DNA of 63,927 nt, counting the filler, from Octopus bimaculoides (taxonomy: Eukaryota): assembly GCF_001194135.2 (NCBI RefSeq). It is 4 parts of 3 records of this genome, joined end to end, with 100 filler letters (N's around TTAATTAATTAA, not from the genome) between each part and the next. Parts side by side here need not be neighbours in the genome. Positions count along the whole stretch, not along the records: positions 31,474 to 58,624 come from NC_068981.1; 3 more parts are not named here. The stretch is one strand, 5' to 3'. This document shows, piece by piece, positions 37,625 through 51,856 of the stretch; within the stretch, counting starts at the first letter, position 1; the number at the start of each line of letters is the position of its first letter. The notes below the pieces were generated by a model that searched no databases, had not been told where the DNA came from, and was given only the letters and a program-made list of their open reading frames with translations. A program made the position numbers and the translations under genes.

Positions 37625-37920
37625 AGGCGTGTGGCTTACTGAATCGTAATTTTCTGAGTTCGAAAACAGCGGTGCGTTGTGTTTGGGCAAGACACTTTAT
37701 TTCACGTTGTTCCTGTCCATTCAGCTGGCAAAAATAAGTAGTACCTGGAATTCAAAAGGCCGGCCTCGTCACACTGTGTGTCACGTTGAATATCCCTGAG
37801 AACTACGTTAAGGGTACGCGTTTCTGTGGAATGCTCAGTCACTTGCACGTTAATTTCACGTGCAGCCTGTTCCGTTGATCGGATCAACTGGAAGCGTCGT
37901 CGTCGTAACCGACAAAGTAA
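37625..37920 (+). mobile_element. SINE family C-related copy with a distinct tail
   Basis: GAGTTCGAA B-box, gttgtgtttgggcaagacacttt and cagctggcaaaaataagta blocks shared with 16928-17150. Confidence 0.7.
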
Positions 37921-38879
37921 CTGTAATGTATGTATGTATGCTTAAACAAGATTCACTCTATGGCTGGATGAGGCCCGCGAGCTATGAGAGTCGTTAGAAT
38001 GCCATCCTAATCATCGGAGATTTAACTGTTTGTACGACATGACTTGAAGTGCCTGAACAAGTTGCATAACTTCGTTAATTGGTAACATTTTATCAATATG
38101 AACAACGAAGTCACTCTATAATTGCCATTCTATCTGTCGGTTTGAAATACTGAACACATCAGATAACGAAAATTATAATTAATAAAATTGCTAATATTCT
38201 CGGTAATTTTTATATTATAATTAATATTAACGCTAGAAGCTAAGAAACCTAACAAAGCCAATGCTGAATGTTTCCTGTGTTGCTGGCGTTACTTTATCAA
38301 TGTCGTATTGGGAAATATCATTGAAATATTCCTTGGAAAATTATATAAACATCCTTTATGCCTTCCAGGTTTTTGAGATGTTGTTAAAATGAGTGTATGC
38401 GGTGAACCTCCAGCGACTTTACTGTTGATTGTTCTATCTTCTGATAAGGTTGTACTTTACTTTCTCCAAAGGTGGTTTAAGTCAGTTATTCTTAGCGCTA
38501 ACAGGTACAAACGCAATGAAACATTTATGTTCTCAACTGCGTTATCTGGAGTGTCAGGTATCTACTTGTAATGGAGAAACTGTCGAGAACTGAAAAAAAA
38601 AAAAAGAATATGTCTTGAGAATAAAACTGAATACATTTCACGGTATGATAAGCAGAAAGCATAGAATGGTTTTAATGACTTCCGTTTCTAAGTATTAAAA
38701 AACGAATGTGATGATGTTTGTAGTGAAGATAATAACAACATCAACGCCAACAACAACAGCAGCAGTGGCGATAATGGGAACAACCATGGCAACGACAGCA
38801 GCAGCAGCGACGACGGCAGCAGCAGCAGCAGCTGAAGTATTTGTATTAGTATTAGCGGCAGTAGTAGTAACGACAACAT

Positions 38880-38913
<34 letters not shown>

Positions 38914-41442
38914 TTATTCGCTACAGAATCCCGAACAAAATAAAATTTTGTCACCCCAAAATGTTACGTACGAAAGTGTCGGAGATGTGAACACATAAAA
39001 ACGAAGGAGCGTCAAAGACACGATACAATGTATAAACAGCAGTCAAATATTTTGTTAAGCAAGCGATGTTTATTTGCTTAACTGAAAGACAAGAGAAGCC
39101 ATCATCAAAATAAGACCAGAGTACCTCACGGCTCATACCATCTGATCAGCTCACGCAAATTAGGTTCTCCGAATTTGTCCGTGAACACCTTCGGCCTTAA
39201 TCAAAAAACAGAAATTGCTGCATCTTTCGAGCAGCTCAACTGACGTCTCTGAGAGATAATTGGTCTGCTCTTTATTAATAGTCTATTATTTTGAGATTGT
39301 TGTATTCTCCTCCTTAATTAGCGTAGTATTTGCCGCATTCTCTTCAGATCCTTCAGAAACTCCAACAGATGTTCCTCGTTATTAGTTCGATCGTGAATCT
39401 CTGGATGACAGTGCTTATTATGAAGAGACTTCTATTATTCTAAATACCTTCAACTCGGGCTCATTTATTTTTCTCTTATTGCCCCTGCTTTCGCTTCTTA
39501 TTCTCCCCAAAGTTTTCTCAATCTTCTTCAGGTTCCCTTTTCTGCAAAACACAGCAAAGCGATATTAATGAAATTGCTGCTCTGAGCTTTTGTCAGCCCT
39601 TGGTACTGATGGCGCTGAGGATGGGACAGTTCCATTTGTCTTTGCTTATTCTCTGGTTATTCAAAGAGCTGCGACCAATGGGACTGCAGAAGACAGCCGT
39701 AGTATCAGTAACTGCAGGAGGCATGATCTTCACATCAGGATCTTGTATTTGCCACCATCTCCGCAGTCCGTTACATATTTATTTATTTATTTGCCATTTC
39801 AATTCTTTTGGTCAGAAGGCTCTAGTATACTGAGCCTTCTGCCCTGTATTGCGAGCCTAATTTGCCTCCTCTCCGTTCTTACAATGGACACCCTTGTGGT
39901 CTTTAGAATCAGAAGGCTCGTTCAGATTCCACCCAACTACGGTAAAAATGATTGAAAAGAGATACATATGACGATGTTGAAGATCGTTGTGTGTGAATGT
40001 GAAACGGTTACAGAAAGACACTAATCGGAATTGTTGAAACTAAACTTCGTATCTTTTAAAAAGTCACTAACGTTTATGAAACACACCGGTCTAAAACTTG
40101 CTTTAATAACAAAATCATTATCAATACCTTTAACACTTTTACTGTAACAACATTATCATATGATTTTGCTATGCCTGGTCGATGCAGACTACAACATTAA
40201 GAATTTCTTCAATAAACGTGACACTCTACATTGCAAATCGGATAAAGACCGTACAGAAAATAACAGGAGACTATGAAATATCAATTTAAGAAGGCAGATA
40301 TTTATGCCTTTCCAATTAACTATTATTATCGACTATAGTATTTGAGAGGCAATAAATCAATTCACACTATAGTAATAAAATTCTTCCAAAGAAATGGATT
40401 AAATTTTAACAGCAAGAATCTAAATCCAAATAGCAGGAAAAATAGACATACTTTTGGCACATATGACAATAATGAACAACCGTAAAGACATGCAATGAAA
40501 TAGCAAAAACATCCGTCAACTAACATCCTGTATATCACCTAACTAAACTATTGATTAATACCTGGATGAATATATCCAATCTAATAGGTGGGCAGAATCC
40601 ACAACATTCTGCATTCATGAATAGTTATTAAGAATAATTATTAGACTTCTGAAGAAGAAGAAGAATAGCTATAATCCATATAAGGAACAAATATCTTCTA
40701 AGTGATCTTTTGTATGAAAAATTGTGCAATATAGAATCAGTACATTCATCATTAGCTCTAGCGAAAATTTAGCTTTTCTATATGCCCTAGCAACCCGGTT
40801 TCAACTTCTTTGAAATAGATTTTGTGATACATATGTATCTACTAACCTTAGAAAATGACAATGCAAACATACTGCAGAAAATTAGTATATTTAAAAAAAA
40901 TGCACCAGGTAGCATAATATAAGCCCTCAGTACACATTTTTATACACCCTCAAACACATACACCTCAGTACAAAAATAGTCCGTTCTAAACTCATTCTCA
41001 ATCTCTTAATGTTTCCCTTTCCAAATGTTATTTGTTTATTAATTTTCGAAATCTCTCCTCAGTGTCGAAGGTGACGGCTCTGTGTGTGTGTGTATATATT
41101 TACTTATCTATTTATATATATATATATATATTTACTTGTATATATATATATATNNNNNNNNNNNNNNNNNNNNNNNNNNNNNNNNNNNNNNNNNNNNNNN
41201 NNNNNNNNNNNNNNNNNNNNNNNNNNNNNNNNNNNNNNNNNNNNNNNNNNNNNNNNNNNNNNNNNNNNNNNNNNNNNNNNNNNNNNNNNNNNNNNNNNNN
41301 NNNNNNNNNNNNNNNNNNNNNNNNNNNNNNNNNNNNNNNNNNNNNNNNNNNNNNNNNNNNNNNNNNNNNNNNNNNNNNNNNNNNNNNNNNNNNNNNNNNN
41401 NNNNNNNNNNNNNNNNNNNNNNNNNNNNNNNNNNNNNNNNNN

Positions 41443-41504
<62 letters not shown>

Positions 41505-41559
41505 ATATGTATGTATATATGTATGTATGTATGTATGTATGTGTTGTTTTGGTATTTTT

Positions 41560-41950
41560 CCTGGTACTTCTAGGAGTAGATGTTTTGATCTTGAGTTGTA
41601 AGAACGCTTTCATGCTTCTACTTTAAGCCATTAGCTGCACAGTCTCTGATAAATAATATTCTTGTCTGCATCAACATTAGTGCTGCGTATAATTTACCTG
41701 TTTTCAAACGTGTTAGCTCTTCTTATTTAGCTTGTGCTATAATAAAATACTGTGTTTGAGCTCCTTAACCCTGCATATCAACGCACTTTTTTCATACAGT
41801 ACAAATCCATTTGTTTCTGATGGCCTCTCACAATTCACATCACTTAACTGCTTATCATGTGCACATAATTACTCTGCTTTTTGTATGAAATTACAAGTTA
41901 AGAAAGATATTCACCATCCTGATAGGATTGTCGAGAAAATATATTCGACT
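41560..41950 (-). mobile_element. Possible decayed Penelope-like fragment
   Basis: DKNIIYQ and GLK*KHESV weakly resemble pre-GIY-YIG motifs. Confidence 0.35.
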
Positions 41951-42989
41951 TGTGTTTGAATTCGAGTAATACCAAAGAAGAGAAGTTTACAAGCTGTTGG
42001 TGTCCTTTCGACATATGTCTCGTAAGAGCCAGTTTATAAAAGTTATTTCAAACAAAATATACCGTCAAGTTATTAATAGCTTCATCTTCATCGACAGATT
42101 TGACGGAGCATTGAATGTAGTTCTTAAAGGTATTTAGTTTAAATCCCTTTAGAATCAGTTTTGATGTTAACCCCTCCAGCTATACTCGTGTTGGTTCGGT
42201 CGATTTCACTCCTACAAACATTGATCTTTCTGCTTAACATAAAGAAGTCATTATCACAAACATTATAACTTCAATCATTGTTATGTTCTTTTTATTCTTT
42301 TCTTTTTTTCCTTGTAATCAACATCATATTGCAGAATGCTGTTGCTTAATATATTCAACAAATAATCCATATAAAAACATCTGTTGACCTCTTACAACTC
42401 ATCAAATTTGTCTTCTCTCTATATCTCCGCTTTACGAAAACAAATTTGTGTTCATCCATAGACATTGAGAGACAGACATGTGTGTACGTGTGAGTGTATC
42501 CTTGTTTGTGTGTGTATGTGTGTACGTGTGAGTGCATGTTTGTGCTTGTGTGTTTGTGTATAATATCTATGTATGTTTGTATATATACAAACACACAATA
42601 ACATCTTCAAATACATGCGTACCCAGGTAAGAGAACGCTGATTTGCCCACAAGGATATAACCAAAATCATATGTGTGTGTTTATGCTTTTCGTTTTCGTT
42701 TTTCAATTATTTCTTTTGTAATGAAAGAGTTAGTCTTCAGCCTAGAAACAAAGCTCCTTCATTGGAACTTAGTTGACATAAAATAAGTAGTCATTTATAT
42801 ATGAGCAAACGTATGCGTGCGTACATGCAGTCATGTCATTTGCATATATGATCCGTATGCTTTGATTTATGTACCTATACACATACACACATATGTTTGT
42901 TTGCCTATATTATGTATATCTACATAGTAGAGGGCAAACTTATCGAATGTTTTACATCTTTTCACAGTTCAATTAACTCTCATTTCTAA

Positions 42990-44450
42990 TTTTTTTTTCA
43001 AACTAAGCTTCTCAAGACTGCAGTTTGAAGTGATAATTACTTAACTAAATGCCCCAATAATTACTGGTATAAATCTGAAGTTATAGTCCAAATATAATAT
43101 CTGCTGATTTCTAATTAATTTGACTTAAATGTTTTCTTTTTTTTTTAAACATTACATTAACGTCTGCTAAACAACTTCTGTCTGCTACTATATACATTTT
43201 CTTTTCTCTTACTTAGATCATTATATTTGGTCTCTTATTTCTACATTTTTGTAACCGTTTTGACTGGAATCTTCCACCTGCATTTTCCATATTATGGAAA
43301 ATGCTGATGCAATATTCATCACTATATCACTATAACATCATATGTTATTATCTTTGTGACTTATAGTGTTGTATTCCTGATATCATGTCTCTCAAGGAGA
43401 GAATATCAATAATATATTTTTACATAGTTGTGTATGATGTAGGTTACATGTGGTTCTAATTCCCCAGAGTTTGCACCGGCTGTCACATCTAGGCATTTTA
43501 CTTGCATCTTTATCCCTTTTGTGCAACAAGCAGTTTCTTGTTATTTTTGTTCTTTGATTGCAAAATTTACAGCCTTCAGTCTGTGAGTTAAATGTTACTA
43601 TTTCTTTGAAGGAAGTGAGCTGGCAGAATTGTTATCATATCAAGTAAAATGCTTGGCAGCATTTCATCCGTATTTACGTTTCGAGTTCACGTTTTGAGTT
43701 CGCATTCTGCCGACGTCGACTTTGCCTTTCATCCACTTGGAGGTCGATAAAATAAGTACCAGTTGAACACTGGGATCGATGTAATTGACATACCCCCTTC
43801 ACACAAATTGCTGGCCTGTTGCCAAAATTTGAAACCAATATTACTATTACTTTGAGGTTTTCTAACAACATAGCCTCGTATTAAAGTCTTCACTTACTGT
43901 TCTGTAGTGTAGTGCGGCTTTCCTAGGACTGTATCCCTGGTCATTAGTTAGAAAACATTCTGAAGAGCACCTCTGCAATTTTCATAATGCTCTTTACCTC
44001 ATATACCCAGCTTGATACCTGGAATCACTTGGATGCTAGGTGCAGAGGGAATAACGATGCAACATTCAAAGGTTGTTTAAATCCATCTTAAGACAAATTT
44101 ATTGTCTTTCGTTTTTGGTAGATACGGTCAGTATTATTACTGAAATGAGAATTTCTGGCATTAGTTAGTATTTATCGAGTTTTAGTCTCGATCTCAGCTA
44201 GCCTCAAATCGAATGATTCAAATGCAGGTATGAGTAGTGGCATAGGCAAACCAATAGCAGGCCACCAATTTATTATTCTCTGACGATTACATTATTCTGA
44301 TACGTGTGATATCTGAATACGAGGTTTTTTCTTCCTAGTGTCATCATAGAATATATTTTCATCTATTTCTGAACGAGGAATGTATCAAGTATGCATTTCT
44401 GGAATCCTGTAACATTCCCCGTCGGATATTAGAGAAATAGTGAAAGCAGT
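42990..44450 (-). mobile_element. Decayed RLE-type LINE (R4/NeSL-like), RT C-terminus to endonuclease, interrupted by a SINE
   Basis: PLLIPAFE...IETKTR*ILTNARNSHFSNNTDRIYQKRK; WKIPVKTVTK..RNKRPNIMI; ADVN; DYNFRFIPVIIGAF. Confidence 0.7.
43610..43840 (+). mobile_element. SINE family B with 15-bp target-site duplication
   Basis: ttactatttctttga (43595-43609) and ttactattactttga (43841-43855), 14/15 match. Confidence 0.88.
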
Positions 44451-44475
44451 GATAAAGATTTACGAGACTGGCTTA

Positions 44476-44565
<90 letters not shown>

Positions 44566-44867
44566 CTTGTTTCATGAGCATACATGCTACAGAGTGTGCA
44601 TGCCACAGAATAGGGTCTCTTTGGGTACTTTCCCTACCACTCTCATTCACCCTCGAAATGTCAATGTACAGATCTTCAGACTGAACGTCAGCAGTATCAA
44701 CATATGTAGTTCAACAAGGGAGCCTCTACGTGACCACTCAACCTTCTAGAAAGAGCAGTCACTTCTTTCTCAGATCACACTGTACTGTTTTAAATTAGGG
44801 ACATATACAAAATGATGTAATTCTAGACATGCCCTAAAATGATGGTGTGGGTGCGAATGGAATCTTC

Positions 44868-44870
<3 letters not shown>

Positions 44871-44960
<90 letters not shown>

Positions 44961-45003
44961 CAGACAGATAGATAGATAGATAGATAGATAATTACGTAGA
45001 TAG
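44871..45003. repeat. (TAGA)n microsatellite
   Basis: Directly visible. Confidence 0.95.
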
Positions 45004-45969
45004 ATATAATAGGCCTGCTCAGTTAGAATTGACCTATTGTCAAACAATCACAACAGCAAAGTCTTCAGCTATCCTTATCCCTCAATGTGGGGTAGGGAAT
45101 TATGCAAATACTATGGTTACTGCTGCTCTTTCTTGGATTATCTACTAATGAAAATCTGTTCAACAGGTATAGCGCTTCTGTAGAAAAACTCATTGAGTGA
45201 CTATATAATTATTACAGATTTTACCTTTTTTTAATATCGATTTCTCTGACACGAGCCCTGGGGGAATAAATCGTTCAATCGACTTTTTTTTTTACTTTAC
45301 TGATACTTATTTAATCAACTCCCAAAGGAGCTGCTAAATACAGCAGAGAAATTTATTGCAATCTTACTGTCTGATAAAATACAAAGGAGAAAGAAGGAAG
45401 GACACATAATCCGATGCTCTAAATATTTTACGTTCCTCTAAATACTCTATGACTGAAAAGGAAAGATCGAACGGTCATGGCTGGAATGAATCTATCATAG
45501 GAATGTTCAAGCAGGGATATCCTACTCTAAACAGCAACCTTGGATCTGTAGAAGGTAAAGTTGTCTGGAGAGAAATATGGATTAGAGATGAAATGTGAGC
45601 TAAACAAGTCAAGTCATTTAGCAGTATTCGCACTGTTCCTCTATTCTACCCTGTTGATTTAAAATATTGATTTCCAAAATGGGTGCAAGACTAGAAATTT
45701 GTGAGAAGAAACAGCTTACTGTATCGTCCCTGGTACATGACAGGTACTTATTATATATTTAATATTTCATTTTAACTCCGGTGTATCACAATTTGTTTCT
45801 TTAAAAAAAATGAAATAGCAAGTAATGATCATCAGTCCTGCATCTTTCACTGCTTTTCAATTATTTCCTCCCACTTTCACCCCTTTCAATGGTTGTTTCA
45901 CTTTTACTAGCTTCAACCAGAGGTGTGCCGATGCTAAGACGCCGCCTTTAAAAATGAGAGAGCGCATTA

Positions 45970-46040
45970 AGGTCTACTAAGATTTGAACTTGGATCATTG
46001 GATTCAGAATCATGAGTGCTAACCATTACACCATAGAATG
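45970..46040 (-). pseudogene. tRNA-Gln(CTG)-like pseudogene
   Basis: cattctATGGTGTAATGGTTAGCACTCatgattCTGAATCCaatgatccaAGTTCAAATCttagtagacct; about 80% similar to remembered metazoan tRNA-Gln-CTG; anticodon intact, acceptor and T stems damaged. Confidence 0.75.
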
Positions 46041-46053
46041 TTCCCCCAAATAA

Positions 46054-46700
46054 TTCATTCTTATTTTGGCAAAAGACCAGCAATTTGATGGTACGAGAAA
46101 ATCGATTACATCGTCCCCAGTGCTCAACTGTGACCTATTTTATCACATTCGAAAGGATGAATAGCAAAGTTGATCTCTGCAGCATTAGAACTCAGAATGT
46201 ACAGTCGGAAGAAATGTCGTTAAGTAGTTTGACCGGAGTAGCAACGATTCTGCTAACTCACCACCTTAACCTTCCCCCAAATAACACTTTCTGTTATAGG
46301 CACAAGGCCTGATATTTAGGGAAAGGGGATAGTCGATTACATCGACCCCCACTGGTCGCCTGGTACTTATTTTATTGACTCTGAAAGGATGAAAGATGAA
46401 ACCGACCTGGCGGGATTTGAGCTCAAAACGTAAAGACGGACGAAATCTCGCTAAGCATTTTGCCCAACGATTCCGTCAATTTGCCGCCTTAACCTTCACT
46501 AAAATAAAGGTTTCAAATTTTGGTACAAGGCCAGCAGTTTCTGAGGAGGTACATTGACCCCAGTGCTCAGCTGGTACTTATTTTTATGACCACGAAAGGA
46601 TATAAAAGACAAAGTCGACGTCAGCGGAATTTGAACTCGGAACGTAAAGACGGATGAAATGCCGCTAAGCATTTTTCTGGCGTGTGCAGCTCACTGCTTT
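46054..46700 (-). mobile_element. Head-to-tail array of three SINE family B copies immediately 5' of the tRNA-Gln relic
   Basis: Units about 46066-46267, 46287-46490, 46509-46700; each 5' end flanked by aaccttc. Confidence 0.88.
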
Positions 46701-47874
46701 AACCTTCTGCAACATAATGAACAGTAAATTTGATTCTACTGGCTACTGAAATTGCCAGAGCAAATACTACAACTATTCTTCTACCCTATGTGTTAATGTC
46801 TTTACCAACTCATTGTTCGCAATTCTTTCTTATCATTTTCTCTTTTTTTCGCACTTTTTATATGATTTCTAAAGAGAAAACTAAACATAGTGAAAACACA
46901 AGCAGTATTCGTTAATTAATTTTTGAACCGTTCGTTATTTTTTTTTACAGCTATCAGCTATCACTTTTGGAAGCCTCCCATAGGCTAAATGCTTCTATAA
47001 AAATGATATCTTAATCATTGACCCCAGTTGACATTCGTGATATAATGCGCGGATTGTGTGATATAGTCGACATGATACATGTCCGCAGCAGTCAACAAAA
47101 TCTATTTAACTCGCTTGTCAAATCCTGGGGATTTATAGCGTTATAATCACACGTTGATAAAATTCTTTTCTCAATTTATTTTCCGTTAATCAATTTTGTT
47201 GAATTTAAAAGTGCATTAATTTTGTCATGGTTATTGTAGTAATAACAATAATTTCTAATCCCTCAATCTACCGAAGCTGCTTTTCTGGCTACACTAATAA
47301 TTATTCATAACGTGTGGCTATGTATATTTGCATATATGAGTGGTGGTGACCATAAAGAAAATTAGTCAACTTATTTGCCCCTAGTACATAAATGATATTT
47401 TCACCAACTCCAAACACGAGAAAAGCAAAGCTGATCTTGGTAGGACTTCAACTGAGAATATAAAAGGACGTAACCCTATGTCATAAGGCTTTTTTCTGCG
47501 ACTATACCGATTCTACCATCCAAAGCCGCGTTTACTTATTTGTGATATTTTCCGTTCTGAGTTCACAACCGATAAAATTACTCTCGGTGGTTTTACAAAA
47601 TAAGTCCCAGTTAAATTACGGGGGATGGTTCAGTTTGCAGTCCTTTACCTTTTAAATAGTTAACAACGTACCTATCATTGCTATAAATGGTAGAGAATCG
47701 GAAAAAATAACTTCAGGTATTTAGTTATCTATCTTTGTCTTCTGAATTTAAATCCTGTCGAAGTCGACTTTACTTTTTTTCTTCGTAGTTGTTTTTGTTG
47801 TTGTTCCTTTGCGCCAGTTTTGTCCTGATTGAGCAGGACAAATATCAATTCAGATCACTTGCCATTAAGATGTC

Positions 47875-48072
47875 AAGCTGAAAGAATCATTAGCAAGCCG
47901 GGCAAAATGCTTAGCAGCGTTTTGTCCGTCTTTAAGTTCTGAATTCAATTTCCACCGAGGTCAACTTTGACTTTCATCCTTCCGGGGTCGTTAAAATAAG
48001 TACCAGTCGAGCTCTGTAATCGACTTATCTGCTCCTCCGTAATTGCTGGCCTTGTGCCAAAATTTGAAACCA
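47875..48072 (+). mobile_element. SINE family B
   Basis: aagccgggcaaaatgcttagc...ttcatccttccggggtcg...ggccttgtgccaaaatttgaaacc. Confidence 0.88.
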
Positions 48073-51000
48073 ATATGATCAATAACATATCGCTCGTGAC
48101 TGTTGTGTTTTTGTTGTTTCTTTTAGGGCTAAATAAGATTACATTGTCTAACGTATTCTTTCTTTGAAAACAGTAGGGATATGATGAGGGAATCTGGCTA
48201 CTACTTCTAGCAGGTCAAGTGATTGCTTTGAGACTCCCTTCCTCGTCAGACTATTAGGAATACTCACCAGAGTTGATAAGATGGATACAAATAACTACTG
48301 GTGATTGATTCACTGCGTTCCCACAAAATATAAACCTTGAGACTATTACTATAAAAATCATATTTTTAAGTGTTTCATGAAGATCATCATCATCAGCAGC
48401 AGCAGAAGTATGATCATAATCAATTTCAACGACGCTATCACTTTTCATTTATTTATAACTCATAAGTGAACACAAAGCCATTTAAACATTCAAAGTAGCT
48501 AGTTAGAAAATCTCTGTAAGAAATTAAAGTACTAACTACACTGAGAAGTAATGTTTATCACCACATCAGTATGGCTGTTCCGTTGGAATTGATGTTACTG
48601 TCGTTTTTAACCCCAGGAGGAGCCTCCTCCAGCTGGTTGTTGATGCAATCTGCACCCAATATATATTGCAAGCAGGGAAGCGAACCCCTACCATCTTCAT
48701 TGTTTTCTAGTTATTGTTCTTTAGCTTCAGATCGCACCAATCTATGATCCAAACGGGTTAAGTTAACATCTTTTATTTATTCATTTATTTAGTGTATCAG
48801 TGTCTATATTATCTAATGTATCCTTTATTTAAAACAGTGTTTCGACTGCAAAAGATCCGGCTTCTATTTTTAGCAAGTTTAATGACTGCGAAAGGTTCTC
48901 ACTCTAATTCTTTTCTTTTTTTTTATATATATGAGTCGAAAAGTTTATTTAACTTCAATGCCTAGATTTCTTTGTCTTTTGTTTATTTCAATTCTCTAAT
49001 TTTCTTCCACTAATAGCAAATACGTTAACGTTCAGATAACAAAATGAGAAAGTTATGCAACTTTCTGTTATAACATCAACACCATCTTATATTCCTTTGT
49101 TTGACTAATGTTGTTTTGTGTGAGTATATTTGAAATGATCAGTTTGTGGAAAAGAATCACCGTAGGCTGTATGCAATTGTGAAGACCCACGCAATCTTAT
49201 TTCACGTTTTTCTTAATGTTATATTTTTCACCATTACTGAAGTTCCATATATTTAAGTAGCTTTTGCTCACACAACACATTACGAAACAAGTTTTACTCT
49301 TTATTTGCAGGTTCTTCTATTCCTGTAGTTTCTCAAATTCTTTCAGAAGAATGTGTCAGTCAGAAGCTATAAACAGAAATTATATAACATTATATATCGT
49401 AGTAATTGTGGTAATGAATGTGTATATCATTTATTGAACGCATGCATGATATCTATTCTCCTAGAAGTGTAACTATTTTTTCGACCATCTCTGTGTGTCT
49501 GTTCCGGCTTGTTTTAAGCAGGACAGATTCTGAATATACTGAAAGTGCTGCATATTCTTTAATTGGCCGTTGGATTATCCACCAAAGCTATCTATTTCAT
49601 GTAATGCGTCAACAATGTGTGAATCTTGTGGAGTTCATACTTTTACCCAAAAATCTTTTGTGTCACGATTTCAGTAAATCCCTGTTACAAGGAAACAGAT
49701 ATAAAATAATTCAAACAGAAAATCTAACGTGGCCTCTCTGACTAGTCTTGCCAGTAGCTTACCACCGTTGCACTGCACTCTAAATATTCAAATACTATCT
49801 CTAGAAGTAGCTATTTCTAGAATACATTAGAGCGTCGGATAGAATGCTTTCCGGTATTTTTTCCTACTTTTTGTGCTCTAAGTTAAAGAAACAAAAACGG
49901 AATCAACATCACCTTTTATCCTTTCGAAATTGAAATAGGTTGTTCTCTTTCTATTTCTCTTCTTTCCCTTATACGTTCAAACATGGAGAGTGATGGCTTT
50001 CAAATCCCCTAGACACATCATATGTCACAACTCCAACAGATGAGGACCCAGGGCAATGCTGTATATGATATCCCTCTAATTCAGGTATTGTTTTGTTGAC
50101 CATTTTCAAGTAGTTCCTTCTGCAATAATCTTAAAACAAGCTATTTCTGATTTCAAACTTGAGTAACTACATCGTATTTTTTTTTTTTTCTTCGTAGAGT
50201 AAAAGTCAATTTTTGCAGATTATTCCAATTAAATCTTGAAGAAAGCTCATTGGTTTTGACTACTCTTACCATTTCAGTATTTATACCATGGGTCTATTAT
50301 TCTATGGTTACTTCTTGTCCTTCCTATGCTTGAGATGGTGTCACCTTCTGAATTATGCTACCCTTAATCTCTATGAACTTCTTAAGTTTTACTCCATGTA
50401 GCTGGTAATTAATTTTTATACGGATGACTTTCAATACACACACTGTTGTTCAGTATACGCATTACATGCGAAAACATATTTAAAGAATTGAATAGGAGCT
50501 AGCTCTTTCGTTAAGTTGCACACTGGAGAAAAAAATTGTTTCGATCAGAACAGAGAAGTTTGATGGCATCTGTCTGACTTTTATTTCTGTCTCTGAAGAC
50601 TTCAACTTCAATATTCTGATAAAGTTCTTTACAAATTTACGAGCAATAAACGCACAGTGCATAAAATGGTATTATTCAACCTGATTAATAATCTTTTAAA
50701 CATTCAAGTATTTTTATGTTTGTAGCATACTTTATTTTATTTATTAATTTTTAAGCAATTACTCAATACATTTTGTTTATATTTAAATTGACTGGACAAA
50801 TTCTACATGTTAAAATTTCCAATAAGTCAATAGAGTGTTCATTCAAACGTCTCAGTATCTTAATTTCGCGCTGAATTTTCCATTAACAGCGACTATTATA
50901 AGCTTACTTTTGAAGTTTTATACTCGAGGTCTGCACAGCTAAAGAAATATCTCTTAGAACCAATTCAAAAACAACTGAGATGCTTTCATTATACTGCTGG

Positions 51001-51723
51001 TTAAACAAGTAATTTGATCCAACACAGTTAACCTGACACTTCATTATACTCGTATCCATTTCATTTAACATTTCAACAATAACGTGAATAATGTCATTCT
51101 ATGTTATCAATTCGCCCAACACACACTGAGACAGTTGCGCAAATATACACAGTATATTTAAAATTTTTCAAGCAAAACTATTCAAAATTNNNNNNNNNNN
51201 NNNNNNNNNNNNNNNNNNNNNNNNNNNNNNNNNNNNNNNNNNNNNNNNNNNNNNNNNNNNNNNNNNNNNNNNNNNNNNNNNNNNNNNNNNNNNNNNNNNN
51301 NNNNNNNNNNNNNNNNNNNNNNNNNNNNNNNNNNNNNNNNNNNNNNNNNNNNNNNNNNNNNNNNNNNNNNNNNNNNNNNNNNNNNNNNNNNNNNNNNNNN
51401 NNNNNNNNNNNNNNNNNNNNNNNNNNNNNNNNNNNNNNNNNNNNNNNNNNNNNNNNNNNNNNNNNNNNNNNNNNNNNNNNNNNNNNNNNNNNNNNNNNNN
51501 NNNNNNNNNNNNNNNNNNNNNNNNNNNNNNNNNNNNNNNNNNNNNNNNNNNNNNNNNNNNNNNNNNNNNNNNNNNNNNNNNNNNNNNNNNNNNNNNNNNN
51601 NNNNNNNNNNNNNNNNNNNNNNNNNNNNNNNNNNNNNNNNNNNNNNNNNNNNNNNNNNNNNNNNNNNNNNNNNNNNNNNNNNNNNNNNNNNNNNNNNNNN
51701 TATATATATATGTGTGTGTGTGT

Positions 51724-51768
<45 letters not shown>

Positions 51769-51856
51769 CATGTATGTATGTATATGTGATAATAATAATA
51801 ATAATAATAATTATTATTATTATCATTATTATCATTATTATCATTATTATTATTGA

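Noticed and set aside
38708-38998. Ala/Thr/Val-rich or Ser/Asn-rich ORF
   Set aside because: Degenerate CAG/TAG/AAC triplet tract; the alternative frame has an internal stop
38230-39600. Minus-strand protein-like stretches (LWSYFDDGF...PSFLCVHI; PDTPDNAVENINV...)
   Set aside because: Only faintly like PLE RT (YxDD, FLDV); too many stops to assign by eye
40000-41050. A/C-rich tract with an SSENL motif suggesting another PLE
   Set aside because: A single short motif; not enough to list as a feature
49418-49741. 107-aa ORF MCISFIERMHD...
   Set aside because: No motif or compositional support; compatible with chance in unique AT-rich sequence
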